A DNA stretch of 64,000 bases from Arcobacteraceae bacterium (lineage in GTDB: Bacteria > Campylobacterota > Campylobacteria > Campylobacterales > Arcobacteraceae). The stretch covers positions 17,127 through 81,126 of the forward strand of contig JBLWVX010000008.1 in NCBI GenBank assembly GCA_048268245.1, given 5' to 3'. Positions 9,490-19,345 of this stretch are shown in pieces. Numbering within the stretch: position 1 is the first letter of the stretch; every line of letters begins with the position of its first letter. Position numbers and translations under genes: made by a program. Under the pieces are notes generated by a model that was not told the origin of the DNA, ran no database searches, and was given only the letters and a program-made list of their open reading frames with translations.

Positions 9490-11419
9490 GCACGAAGAAA
9501 CTAAGCACGAAGAAACTGTTGTAGCAAAAGAAGAAACTAAATCTGAAGAGAATACTTCAGAAGAAAACAAATCTGCTCCTAAAAATCAAGAAAAAAAAGA
9601 ACAAAGAAAACCAAATCCACAAAATAAAAAAAGAAAACCTAGGCCAAAACAGCCATTAAAAGGTCAAGGATGGGTAAATGATCTTAAGAAAGCACATGCT
9701 ATCAATGAAAAAATTCAAAAAGATAGATTAAATCCACACTATAAATTAAATCTAAATACTAGTGCCAAAGTTAGAATTACTCCACTTGGAGGATTAGGTG
9801 AAATTGGTGGTAATATGATGGTAATGGAGACTGATAAGTCTGCAATTATTATTGATGTTGGTATGAGTTTCCCTGATGATGATATGCATGGTGTTGATAT
9901 TTTAATACCTGATTTTACTTACATTAGACAAATCAAAGATAAAATTGCTGGTATTGTTATTACTCACGGTCACGAAGATCATATTGGTGCAATGCCTTAT
10001 TTATTTAAAGAAATGCAATTCCCTGTTTATGGAACATCATTACCATTAGAAATGATTGGTTCAAAATTTGATGAACATAAAATGAGAGAACATAGAAAAC
10101 TATTTAGAGCTATTCAAAAAAGAACACCTATCAAAATAGGGGACTTTGAAGTTGAGTGGATGCATATTACTCACTCTATTATTGATTCGTCTGCTATTGC
10201 TGTTACAACTGAAGCTGGTACGATTATTCACACAGGTGACTTTAAAATTGACCACACTCCAATTGATGGATACCCAACTGACTTACATAGATTAGCTCAT
10301 TATGGGGAGAAGGGTGTTTTATTATTAACATCTGATTCAACTAACTCTCATTCACCAGGTTTTACAAAAACTGAAAAAACTGTTGGACCAACATTTGAAA
10401 GAATTTTTGCAAGTGCAAAAGGAAGAGTTATTATGTCAACATTCTCTTCAAATATTCATAGAGTTTCTCAAGCAATTGAAAAAGGTTTAAAATACAATAG
10501 AAAAATCTGTGTTATTGGAAGATCAATGGAGAAAAACCTTGATTTAGCAATGAGTTTAGGTTATATCAAATTCCCTAAAGATCAATTTATTGATCCACAT
10601 GAAGTAAATAAATATAAAGATGATGAAGTACTAATTGTTACGACTGGTTCTCAGGGTGAATCAATGTCAGCACTTTATAGAATGGCTATTCACGAGCATA
10701 GACATATTAAGATTAAACCAACTGATCAAATTATTTTATCAGCAAAAGCAATTCCTGGAAATGAAGGAAGTGTATCTGGTATCATTAATCACTTATTAAA
10801 AGCTGGTGCAAAAGTTGCTTATCAAGATTATGCAGATATTCACGTTTCAGGTCATGCTGCACAAGAAGAGCAAAAACTAATGCTAAGACTTGTTAAACCA
10901 AAATTCTTTATGCCAGTTCATGGTGAATATAATCATGCACTTAAACATGGTCAAACTGGTATTGACTGTGGTATTTTAGAAAGAAACTTATATATTATGA
11001 GTGATGGTGAACAAGTAGAAGTATCACCTAAATATCTTAAGAAAGTAAAAACTGTTAAAACAGGTAAAGTTTACATTGATAACCAATTAAATCACAAAAT
11101 TTCTGATGATATTGTAATTGATAGACAAACTATGGCAAACGAGGGTGTTGTTATGATTGTTGCACAAATCAATGAAAATGATAGAACTTTAGCACAAAAA
11201 CCAAAAGTAGCTTCATTTGGTCTTGTTCCTGATAAACAAGATAGATTCTTTGCAAAAGAGATTGAAGACTTATTAAATACATTCTTAGTAAATGCTAAAC
11301 CTGGTATCTTTAAAAATACTAGAGTTTTAGAAGATGAATTAAGAAAAGTAGTAAGAAAACACTGTATTAGAAAATACAAAAAATATCCTATGATTGTTCC
11401 AACAGTATTTGTACAATAA
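9476..11419 (+). CDS. rnj: Ribonuclease J with charged N-terminal extension
   Basis: PLGGLGEIGGN, THGHEDHIG, HVSGHA, PVHGE; start placed at ATG 9476. Confidence 0.96.
   Translation: MEETKHEETKHEETVVAKEETKSEENTSEENKSAPKNQEKKEQRKPNPQNKKRKPRPKQPLKGQGWVNDLKKAHAINEKIQKDRLNPHYKLNLNTSAKVRITPLGGLGEIGGNMMVMETDKSAIIIDVGMSFPDDDMHGVDILIPDFTYIRQIKDKIAGIVITHGHEDHIGAMPYLFKEMQFPVYGTSLPLEMIGSKFDEHKMREHRKLFRAIQKRTPIKIGDFEVEWMHITHSIIDSSAIAVTTEAGTIIHTGDFKIDHTPIDGYPTDLHRLAHYGEKGVLLLTSDSTNSHSPGFTKTEKTVGPTFERIFASAKGRVIMSTFSSNIHRVSQAIEKGLKYNRKICVIGRSMEKNLDLAMSLGYIKFPKDQFIDPHEVNKYKDDEVLIVTTGSQGESMSALYRMAIHEHRHIKIKPTDQIILSAKAIPGNEGSVSGIINHLLKAGAKVAYQDYADIHVSGHAAQEEQKLMLRLVKPKFFMPVHGEYNHALKHGQTGIDCGILERNLYIMSDGEQVEVSPKYLKKVKTVKTGKVYIDNQLNHKISDDIVIDRQTMANEGVVMIVAQINENDRTLAQKPKVASFGLVPDKQDRFFAKEIEDLLNTFLVNAKPGIFKNTRVLEDELRKVVRKHCIRKYKKYPMIVPTVFVQ
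9485..9517 (+). repeat. 15-bp tandem repeat (~2.2 copies) at the start of rnj
   Basis: ACTAAGCACGAAGAA x2 + ACT, encoding [11 protein letters not shown]. Confidence 0.85.
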
Positions 11420-11439
11420 TAATTAAGGAGTAGGGCAAT

Positions 11440-12399
11440 ATGAATTTTAATGAGATTATTAAAGATGTTTTATTAACAGAAGCAAAAGAGATAGAAAAAG
11501 CAGCAGCTAATCTATCTTTTGATATCGATAAAGCTGTTGATATGATAGTTAACACTAAAGGTAAACTAATTGTTACAGGTGTTGGGAAATCAGGCCTTGT
11601 AGGTTCAAAAATTGCTGCTACTCTTGCAAGTACAGGAACTTCATCATTCTTTTTACATCCAACTGAAGCTATGCATGGAGATTTAGGAATGATAGGTGAG
11701 AATGACATCGTTCTTGGAATTTCATATAGTGGAGAGAGTGAAGAACTTGTACAAATTCTTCCTCATTTAAAAAGATTTAATATTCCTTTAATTGCTATGG
11801 CAAAAAATGAAAACTCTACTTTAGCTAAGTACTCTGATATATTTATAAATATCAGTGTTGAAAAAGAAGCTTGTCCTCTTGATACAGCACCTACTTCGTC
11901 AACTACATTGACAATGGCAATGGGTGATGCCCTTGCAGTATGTCTTATGAAAAAAAGAGACTTTAAAAAAGAAGACTTTGCATCATTCCACCCAGGTGGA
12001 AGCTTAGGGAAAAAACTTTTTGTAAAAGTTGATGATTTATTAAGAAAAGAGAATCTTCCTATAGTTTCACGTGAAACTAAACTAAAAGATGCAATTGTAG
12101 TTATGAGTGAAGGTAGACTTGGAAATGTTATTATTACAGACAATAACAAAGTAATTGGTTTATTAAGTGATGGTGACTTAAGAAGAGCCCTAATGAATGA
12201 TAGTTTTAGTTTAGATTGTAATGTAGAAGATATTGCAACACTAAATCCTAGAACTTTAAAAAACAAGAACTTATTAGCTAGTGATGCCTTATCTATTATA
12301 GAAGATTATAAAATCCAACTATTAGTAGTTACTCAAGAGAATGATGAGCTTGTAGGTGTATTACATATACATGACCTAATTGAAGCAGGAATAAAATAA
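11440..12399 (+). CDS. kdsD: Arabinose-5-phosphate isomerase (KpsF/GutQ, SIS+CBS)
   Basis: GVGKSG, HPTEAMHGDLG, APTSSTT, FHPGGSLG, C-terminal CBS pair. Confidence 0.92.
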   Translation: MNFNEIIKDVLLTEAKEIEKAAANLSFDIDKAVDMIVNTKGKLIVTGVGKSGLVGSKIAATLASTGTSSFFLHPTEAMHGDLGMIGENDIVLGISYSGESEELVQILPHLKRFNIPLIAMAKNENSTLAKYSDIFINISVEKEACPLDTAPTSSTTLTMAMGDALAVCLMKKRDFKKEDFASFHPGGSLGKKLFVKVDDLLRKENLPIVSRETKLKDAIVVMSEGRLGNVIITDNNKVIGLLSDGDLRRALMNDSFSLDCNVEDIATLNPRTLKNKNLLASDALSIIEDYKIQLLVVTQENDELVGVLHIHDLIEAGIK

Positions 12400-13223
12400 T
12401 GAAAGAAAACAATAACTGGATTAGTACAAAAGAAGAATCTACTGAACCTGTAAGACTAAATAAATTTATATCTCATAATAGTAACTTCTCAAGAAGAGAA
12501 GCTGATAAGCTAATAGAAGAGGGTAGAGTTAAAGTAAACGGTAAAGTAGTAAATAACTTAGCTACTAAAGTTTTACCAAGTGATAAAGTACAAATTGGTA
12601 AACAAAATGTAAAACATGAAAAAGACAAATTAATCACAGCAATAGTTTACAATAAACCAAAAGGTGAAATTGTTTCAAAAAATGATCCTCAAGGAAGAAA
12701 AACTATATTTGATTCATTAGGAAAGAAATATAAGCACTTTTTACCTGTAGGTAGACTTGACTATGCCAGTGAAGGTTTATTGCTTTTGACAGACTCTGTA
12801 GAGGCTTTAAATGCACTAGTTCACTCTAATCTTGAAAGAGTTTATAAAATCAAAGTAAATGGTGAAATCAGTAAACAAGTTGAAGATGCTATGCAAAATG
12901 GTTTAGAACTTGAAGATGCAACTGTTGGAGCACATAAAAATTCGAAAATTAAAGAAATGACTTTTAAACCATTTTTAGCTTATGATATTCAAAGAAATGA
13001 ATCAAACTTTTCAAGAATCAAAGTAGTAATTAATGAAGGTAAAAACAGGGAATTAAGAAGATTCTTTGGACATTTTGGATTAGATGTTTTAGACTTAAAA
13101 AGATTAGAATTTGGTGGAGTATCGTTAAATAATTTACCAACAGGAAAATCTAGATTTTTAACAAGAGAAGAGTATAGAAACCTAAGACACTTTTTAAACG
13201 AAGATGACAGATCTAGCAAATAA
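12399..13223 (+). CDS. rluB: rRNA pseudouridine synthase (RluB/RsuA family)
   Basis: S4 domain SRREAD, VGRLD catalytic motif, EGKNRELRR. Confidence 0.85.
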   Translation: MKENNNWISTKEESTEPVRLNKFISHNSNFSRREADKLIEEGRVKVNGKVVNNLATKVLPSDKVQIGKQNVKHEKDKLITAIVYNKPKGEIVSKNDPQGRKTIFDSLGKKYKHFLPVGRLDYASEGLLLLTDSVEALNALVHSNLERVYKIKVNGEISKQVEDAMQNGLELEDATVGAHKNSKIKEMTFKPFLAYDIQRNESNFSRIKVVINEGKNRELRRFFGHFGLDVLDLKRLEFGGVSLNNLPTGKSRFLTREEYRNLRHFLNEDDRSSK

Positions 13224-14388
13224 ACTAAGACCAACAAGTTTAGAAACTTTTGTTGGTCAATCTCATATAATTTCAAAAGACAAAGCCCTTTATAAACTTA
13301 TAAAACAAAAAGATATACCCCACTTATTTTTTTATGGAAAACCAGGAACTGGAAAAACAACACTAGCAAAAATTATTGCAAAAGAAATAAATACTGACTA
13401 CTATTATTTCAATGCTACATCTATAAAGGTTGAAGACTTAAGAAAAGTATTTGATAGATATAAAAATGCTTTAATAAAACCCTTAGTTTTTATAGATGAA
13501 GTACATAGATTATCAAAAAATCAACAAGAAGTTTTACTACCAATAATGGAAAACTATGATGCTATAATTATTGGTGCTAGTACAGAAAATCCATTTTTTA
13601 CTCTAACAAATGCTATAAGGTCAAGATCTTTTCTTTATGAATTTAAAGCTTTTACAAAAATAGAAATGGAAAAAATACTTTTCATAGCCACAGATGAAGT
13701 AGATATAAAACTATCAAATGAAGCTAAGGAGTATCTAATAGTCTCAAGTAGTGGTGATGCAAGAGCGATGTTGACACTTTTAAATTTTTCATATAAAGTA
13801 TCAAAAAATATTGATGTGTCTTTATTAAAAGAATTAAGAGAGAATGTAATAGGGGATGGGGTATCATCTTCTGATACACATTATGACTTAGCAAGTGCTA
13901 TGATAAAATCTATTAGAGGCTCAAATGTTGATGCAGCACTATACTACTTGGCAAGACTAATAAATGGAGGGGAGAGTGTAGACTTTATTACAAGAAGACT
14001 TGTGATATTTGCTAGTGAAGATATTGGAAATGCAAACCCAAATGCTTTAAATTTAGCAGTAAGTACTATGCATGCTTGTAATAAGATAGGTTATCCAGAA
14101 TCAAGAATTATGTTAGGTCAATGTATTATATACCTAGCAAGCTCCCCTAAGTCAAATAGTGCATATAAAGCGATAAATAAAGCCCTTAGTGAAGTTAAAA
14201 ATGGTAGAATACTAGAAATACCAAAACATTTAGATTCACAGCATATAGGCTATAAATATCCTCATGATTATGGTGGTTATGTAGAACAACAGTATCTAGA
14301 TAAACCTTTAGAATTATATGAGAGTTTAAATATAGGCTTTGAAAAAACCTTAAATGACTGGTTAGAAAAAATAAAAAATATAAAATAA
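13204..14388 (+). CDS. rarA: Replication-associated recombination protein A (AAA+)
   Basis: GKPGTGKTT, FIDEVHR, STENPFF, KSIRGS, ASEDIG. Confidence 0.93.
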   Translation: MTDLANKLRPTSLETFVGQSHIISKDKALYKLIKQKDIPHLFFYGKPGTGKTTLAKIIAKEINTDYYYFNATSIKVEDLRKVFDRYKNALIKPLVFIDEVHRLSKNQQEVLLPIMENYDAIIIGASTENPFFTLTNAIRSRSFLYEFKAFTKIEMEKILFIATDEVDIKLSNEAKEYLIVSSSGDARAMLTLLNFSYKVSKNIDVSLLKELRENVIGDGVSSSDTHYDLASAMIKSIRGSNVDAALYYLARLINGGESVDFITRRLVIFASEDIGNANPNALNLAVSTMHACNKIGYPESRIMLGQCIIYLASSPKSNSAYKAINKALSEVKNGRILEIPKHLDSQHIGYKYPHDYGGYVEQQYLDKPLELYESLNIGFEKTLNDWLEKIKNIK

Positions 14389-14399
14389 AAGGAATAGAT

Positions 14400-14915
14400 T
14401 TGGAATATTATACTTGGATACTTACTTTTCACGTTGTAGCATTTATGTCATGGATGGCAATGCTATTTTACCTTCCTAGACTTTTCGTTTATCATGTTGA
14501 AAACTATGAGAAAAAAGAGTTTGTTGAAATAGTAAAAATTCAAGAATTTAAAATCTATAAATATATAGGTGCTCCTGCAATGTGGGCAACTATTGCTAGT
14601 GGTGCACTAATGTTAGCACTTAATAGCTCAATTTTAAGTTCTGGTGGTTGGATGCATGCAAAACTAACTGTATTAGCTTTCTTAATTGTATACTCATTTT
14701 CATTAGAAAAATATAGAAAAGAACTAGCAACTGATACTTGTAAAAAAAGTGGCAAATTCTTTAGAATGTATAATGAAATACCAACAATGCTAGCAATTTT
14801 GATTGTAGGTTATGTTATTACAAAATCAGTATCAGTAATCTTTACAGTAGCAACAATTGCTTTATTTGCCTTTGTAGGATATATGATAATGAAACCTAAA
14901 AAGGATAAAAACTAA
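14400..14915 (+). CDS. hemJ: Protoporphyrinogen IX oxidase
   Basis: FHVVAFMSWMAMLFYLPRLFVYH, WMHAKL, FRMYNEIP; TTG start. Confidence 0.92.
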   Translation: MEYYTWILTFHVVAFMSWMAMLFYLPRLFVYHVENYEKKEFVEIVKIQEFKIYKYIGAPAMWATIASGALMLALNSSILSSGGWMHAKLTVLAFLIVYSFSLEKYRKELATDTCKKSGKFFRMYNEIPTMLAILIVGYVITKSVSVIFTVATIALFAFVGYMIMKPKKDKN

Positions 14916-16315
14916 TGTCTTTTGATAAATACTATGTATTAGATACAAATATCTTACTAGAAGATGCAAATAACATCTTTAAATTATCACAAGAGGGTAC
15001 AAACCTTATTATACTTCCTGAAACAGTATTAGATGAAATTGATACTAAAAAAAGTGGATTTGACGAAATAAACTTTCAAGCAAGAGAGTTTGCTAGAATA
15101 CTTGAAAACTCTAAAATCAACTTCTCGAAAAGTCAAAATGAATACAAAATCATAAGACTAACAATAAATGAAAATACAAATATTGATGTAATTTCAAAAA
15201 ATACTTATGATGTTAAAACTAATAGTACATCACTAAATATCATCAATGACAGAAAGATATTAGAAGTGGCAACTTTTGCCAAAGAGTATTATAAAAAAGA
15301 CATAGAGTTTATATCACTTGATATAATGGCTAGAACAAGAGCTATATCACTTGATATAAAAACTGACTCATTAACAGCTTCTGAAAAAGGGGAGTTTGAT
15401 TATAGATTTGTTAAAGAGATTACAATAGACTTTAATCAACAAGAAGATCTAGATAATGAAGAAATTATAAAATTTGATAAAGAATATGAACCTCATAATT
15501 ATTCATATTGCTTCAAAATAAAATCATCTGATCAAATAATATTAGCAACAATACAAAACAAAAGAATTAGACTTTTAGATGAAGGTGATGTAAGAAATCA
15601 AATAATAACACCTTTAAATAAAGAACAACTATTCTTTTCAAATGCATTATTAAACCACTTTTATAATGTACTAATAGTTGAAGCAAAAGCAGGTTCAGGT
15701 AAAACTTTACTTGCATTAAGTGCAGCATTAAGACTTGTTAGGCAAAAGAACTATCAAAGAGTTATATATATAAGAAACTCTGTGGAATCACTTGATAAAG
15801 GTGAAGATGTAGGATACTTACCTGGACTTGAAGAAAAATTTAAAATTTATAATCATCCACTTATGGATAGTTTAGACTATATAATAAGAAGTGAATATAA
15901 AAAGAAAAAATCAAAAAAGAATCCAGAAAACATCCCAGAATTGGATGAAAATGAAGTAACTACAAGAATAGAGCAGATGATTAGTAACTATAGTATTGAA
16001 ACTATGTGGGTAGGAGAAATGAGAGGTAGAACTTTATCTAATGCTTTTGTAATTATAGATGAAGCTCAAAATATGTCTAATAAAACTATGCAAATGGTTC
16101 TATCTAGAATAGATAACTCTTGTAAAGTAGTTGTATTAGGTTCAAACAAACAGATTGATAACTTCTATGTAAATAAATATACCAACTCACTAACCACTCT
16201 ATTAAAGGCTACAAGACACGAAAATAGTTTAGTTAATACTTTTGCCATTAAATTAGAGAAAGTCCTTAGAGGGCCAATTACTGAATGGGCTGAGCAAATT
16301 TTTTCAAATAAATAA
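14915..16315 (+). CDS. PIN domain + PhoH-family ATPase (PhoH2-like)
   Basis: VLDTNILL PIN start, AGSGKT Walker A, GYLPG, MRGRTL, IDEAQN. Confidence 0.9.
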   Translation: MSFDKYYVLDTNILLEDANNIFKLSQEGTNLIILPETVLDEIDTKKSGFDEINFQAREFARILENSKINFSKSQNEYKIIRLTINENTNIDVISKNTYDVKTNSTSLNIINDRKILEVATFAKEYYKKDIEFISLDIMARTRAISLDIKTDSLTASEKGEFDYRFVKEITIDFNQQEDLDNEEIIKFDKEYEPHNYSYCFKIKSSDQIILATIQNKRIRLLDEGDVRNQIITPLNKEQLFFSNALLNHFYNVLIVEAKAGSGKTLLALSAALRLVRQKNYQRVIYIRNSVESLDKGEDVGYLPGLEEKFKIYNHPLMDSLDYIIRSEYKKKKSKKNPENIPELDENEVTTRIEQMISNYSIETMWVGEMRGRTLSNAFVIIDEAQNMSNKTMQMVLSRIDNSCKVVVLGSNKQIDNFYVNKYTNSLTTLLKATRHENSLVNTFAIKLEKVLRGPITEWAEQIFSNK

Positions 16316-16328
16316 AAATGTATAATAA

Positions 16329-16358
16329 AGTGTATTAAAAAACATAATTTAATACACT
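16329..16358. terminator. Inverted repeat just after the PIN-PhoH gene
   Basis: AGTGTATTAAA-N8-TTTAATACACT. Confidence 0.5.
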
Positions 16359-16552
16359 CTATTTATCAATATAATATATCTCCAATCTAAAATCTTTCAC
16401 ATCAAAATTCTTAAGCTTAGTATGACTTTTAAATCAAATATATATACATATATTTATTAGTTGAGCATTACTGTTACTATAGTTAAGTTAGTAGTCTAAC
16501 TAATACCATTACAAAATAAAATTATAAAACTAATACTCTAATTTGTGTTATA

Positions 16553-16572
16553 ATACATACTATAATATGTAT
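16553..16572. promoter_or_regulatory. Palindromic putative operator over the -10 of the Phd-like gene
   Basis: ATACATA-ctataa-TATGTAT enclosing a TATAAT, immediately before the AGGAG RBS. Confidence 0.45.
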
Positions 16573-16582
16573 AGGAGTTATA

Positions 16583-16969
16583 ATGAACTTATTACAATAC
16601 ACATCAAAAGAGATGTTTTCATCTACAGAATTAATCAGAAAAAGTAAAATGATTTTTGATAAATTATCTGATGAAGAAATAGAAAAAGCAGTAATATTAA
16701 GAGATGGAAAGCCAAGTTTTATTCTTTTAGATTTTGATAAATATGAATCAATAATTGAAGAGTATGATAACTTAATAAAAGAGAATAAGAAATTAAAAGA
16801 AAAAAAGAAAAATGAAACAACATCAAAAGATATAAATAAAAAAGAAGATGAGATTAGTAGTGATGAATTAGAAGAAGCACTAGCACAAATTGAGCAGTTA
16901 GATATATCATTAAATAAAAAAGATGAGTCTATAAAAAAACAAGAAGCACTTAAAGACTTTTGGGAATAA
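16583..16969 (+). CDS. Phd/YefM-like antitoxin-fold protein with acidic tail
   Basis: FSSTELIRK...IFDKL...AVILRDGKPSFILLDFDKYE resembles the Phd N-terminal pattern; AGGAG RBS. Confidence 0.6.
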   Translation: MNLLQYTSKEMFSSTELIRKSKMIFDKLSDEEIEKAVILRDGKPSFILLDFDKYESIIEEYDNLIKENKKLKEKKKNETTSKDINKKEDEISSDELEEALAQIEQLDISLNKKDESIKKQEALKDFWE

Positions 16970-16971
16970 AT

Positions 16972-18582
16972 ATGCAATATGATGTAATAGTTATTGGAGC
17001 AGGGGCTTCAGGTCTAACAGCTGCATTAAATGCAAAAAAAAATGGAGCAAAAGTAGCAGTTATAACAAAAACACTTCCTACTCATTCTCAAACTGTACAA
17101 GCACAAGGTGGTATAAATGCTGTTTTATATGAAGACGATGATAGTATAGAACAACATGTAGATGATACTTATAAAGGATCATACAATATATCAAATAAGC
17201 AAAATATTCAATTCATGTGTGAAAATGCTAAAGATACTATTACCTGGCTTGATAGTATTGGTGTTCCATTTAATAGAAATGAAAAAAATCAAATTGCTCA
17301 AAGAAAGTTTGGAGGAACAAAAAAAATACGAACTTGTTATAGTAGTGACTATACAGGCTTAAAGATAGTTCATACACTTTATGATCAATGTATATCTAAT
17401 GATATAAAGTTTTATAATGAGCATCAAGTACTAGAACTAATTGTATCTAAAAACCAATGTTATGGATGTATTGCTTATGATATAGTTGATGGTAAAGTTA
17501 AAGAATTTTTATCAACAAGTACTATACTAGCAACAGGTGGATATGCAGGTATATATAAAAATTATACAACAAACTCTTTATCAACTACTGCTGATGGAAT
17601 CGCAATTGCTTTTAAAGCAGGAGCAAATTTATCTAATATGGAATTTATTCAATTCCATCCAACAACATTAGAAAATACAAATATTCTTATTAGTGAAAGT
17701 GCTAGAGGAGAGGGCGGTTTTTTACTAGATCAAAATGAAAAAAGATTTATTGATGAACTATCTACAAGAGATGAAATATCAAGAGAGATATTTAAGAGAA
17801 CTGTAAAAGGTGAAAAAGTATATCTAGATTTAAGACATATTAAAAAAGAAAAACTTGAAGAATTAATTCCACAAGAAATGAGACTTGCAAGTGAGTTTTC
17901 AAATGTAGATATATCAAAAGAGCTTTTACCTATTACACCTGCAGCGCATTATTCAATGGGTGGAATCAAAACAGATTTAAATACAAATACTTCTATAAAA
18001 TCACTTTATGCTTGTGGAGAGTGTGCTCAAATTGATGTTCATGGTGCAAATAGACTAGGGGGCAACTCACTACTTGAAATAGTGACTTTTGGAAAAGTTG
18101 CAGGACTTAATGCAGCAAGAAATACAAATGACACATCAATAGATAAAGAAATCATAAATACATTTATAAATCAAAATAAATCGAAAATAAAGACTTTACT
18201 ACAAAGAGATAAATCAAGTAAATCAATATATAAACTAAAAAATACCCTAGGGAATTCACTCTTTATAAAAGCAGGTTTATTTAGAAATGAAGAGACTTTA
18301 TTGTCACTAAATAAAGAACTAAAGCTTATTGAAACTTCACTTGATACAGTTCATATTGAAGATAAATCAATTATATATAATAAAAATCTTGTAGAGTATT
18401 TTGAATTAGAAAACTCAGTTGCTATCTCTAAGATATTAGTATTTAGTGCTTTAAAAAGAAAAGAGAGTAGAGGCTCTCACTATAGAGAAGACTTTAATAA
18501 AGTAGATGAACTTTATGAGAAAGCTTCTATAGTTAGTAGAAAGAACAATGAATTAAAACTTACATTTGAGGATATAAAATGA
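16972..18582 (+). CDS. Succinate dehydrogenase/fumarate reductase-family flavoprotein subunit
   Basis: GAGASG, AQGG, QFHPT, ESARGEGG, RDEISR, HYSMGG, HGANRLGGNSL, ESRGSHYR. Confidence 0.9.
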   Translation: MQYDVIVIGAGASGLTAALNAKKNGAKVAVITKTLPTHSQTVQAQGGINAVLYEDDDSIEQHVDDTYKGSYNISNKQNIQFMCENAKDTITWLDSIGVPFNRNEKNQIAQRKFGGTKKIRTCYSSDYTGLKIVHTLYDQCISNDIKFYNEHQVLELIVSKNQCYGCIAYDIVDGKVKEFLSTSTILATGGYAGIYKNYTTNSLSTTADGIAIAFKAGANLSNMEFIQFHPTTLENTNILISESARGEGGFLLDQNEKRFIDELSTRDEISREIFKRTVKGEKVYLDLRHIKKEKLEELIPQEMRLASEFSNVDISKELLPITPAAHYSMGGIKTDLNTNTSIKSLYACGECAQIDVHGANRLGGNSLLEIVTFGKVAGLNAARNTNDTSIDKEIINTFINQNKSKIKTLLQRDKSSKSIYKLKNTLGNSLFIKAGLFRNEETLLSLNKELKLIETSLDTVHIEDKSIIYNKNLVEYFELENSVAISKILVFSALKRKESRGSHYREDFNKVDELYEKASIVSRKNNELKLTFEDIK

Positions 18583-19310
18583 AGTTAAAAATAAATAGAC
18601 TCAATAAAGATACAAATGACTTTAATACTTTTGAATTTGAAGTATCCCAAGAAAATCTTTTAAAAGCATTAGAAGAAATTAAAACAAATGATGACTCAAC
18701 TTTAACATATAGATGTGGTTGTAAAAGTGGTGTTTGTGGTTCATGTACTGTGAGAGTAAATGGTGTAGAAAAACTAGCTTGTAGAACAAATATAAAAGAG
18801 GGTGATTTAGTTGAACCTCTAAGAAATTCAAAAGTTATAAAAGATTTAGTTGTAGATGTTTCACATGAAACATTGCTAATTAAAAAAACAAATATAGGCA
18901 TAAAAGAGTCATCTACTCTAAATATATCTCAATCAGATGTACTGAAAATAGATATACAAAGTAATTGTATTTTATGTAATGCTTGTTATAGTTCTTGTCC
19001 AGTGTACGATATAAATAAAGAGTTCTTAGGACCATTTGCATTAACAAAAGCACTTAGATATGAAAATGATGTAAAGTCACAAAATGAAGAAATTATAAAT
19101 AGTGTTCAAACAAATGCTATTTGGGATTGTACATTATGTAGTGCTTGTACATTTGTATGTCCACAAGGGATAGACCCTAAAATGGATATTATGCAATTAC
19201 AAAATATATCTTCACAAAAAGGATATACTAATCCTTATATGAATAGTTTTGATAATAGTATGGGATTTGACAGTAATAATTTTGGATTTGATCCAAATGG
19301 AAGCTTTTAA
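18579..19310 (+). CDS. SdhB/FrdB-family iron-sulfur subunit
   Basis: CKSGVCGSC...LAC [2Fe-2S]; CILCNACYSSCP; CTLCSACTFVCP. Confidence 0.9.
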   Translation: MKLKINRLNKDTNDFNTFEFEVSQENLLKALEEIKTNDDSTLTYRCGCKSGVCGSCTVRVNGVEKLACRTNIKEGDLVEPLRNSKVIKDLVVDVSHETLLIKKTNIGIKESSTLNISQSDVLKIDIQSNCILCNACYSSCPVYDINKEFLGPFALTKALRYENDVKSQNEEIINSVQTNAIWDCTLCSACTFVCPQGIDPKMDIMQLQNISSQKGYTNPYMNSFDNSMGFDSNNFGFDPNGSF

Positions 19311-19311
19311 T

Positions 19312-19339
19312 ATTTAAGAGCAGAAAACTGCTCTTAAAT
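19312..19339. terminator. Bidirectional terminator
   Basis: ATTTAAGAGCAG-aaaa-CTGCTCTTAAAT between convergent genes. Confidence 0.8.
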
Positions 19340-19345
19340 TTAATA

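Noticed and set aside
9485..9517. 15-bp tandem repeat as a phase-variation switch
   Set aside because: In-frame unit, about two copies, in a disordered RNase J extension; copy change would not shift the frame
16316..16550. Possible sRNA or tRNA in the AT-rich intergenic gap
   Set aside because: No cloverleaf or GC-rich structure beyond one hairpin; unsupported from sequence alone
14915..16969. PIN-PhoH plus Phd-like gene as a canonical type II toxin-antitoxin operon
   Set aside because: Antitoxin-like gene is downstream, 267 bp away, behind a hairpin and with its own promoter; kept only as a weaker hypothesis
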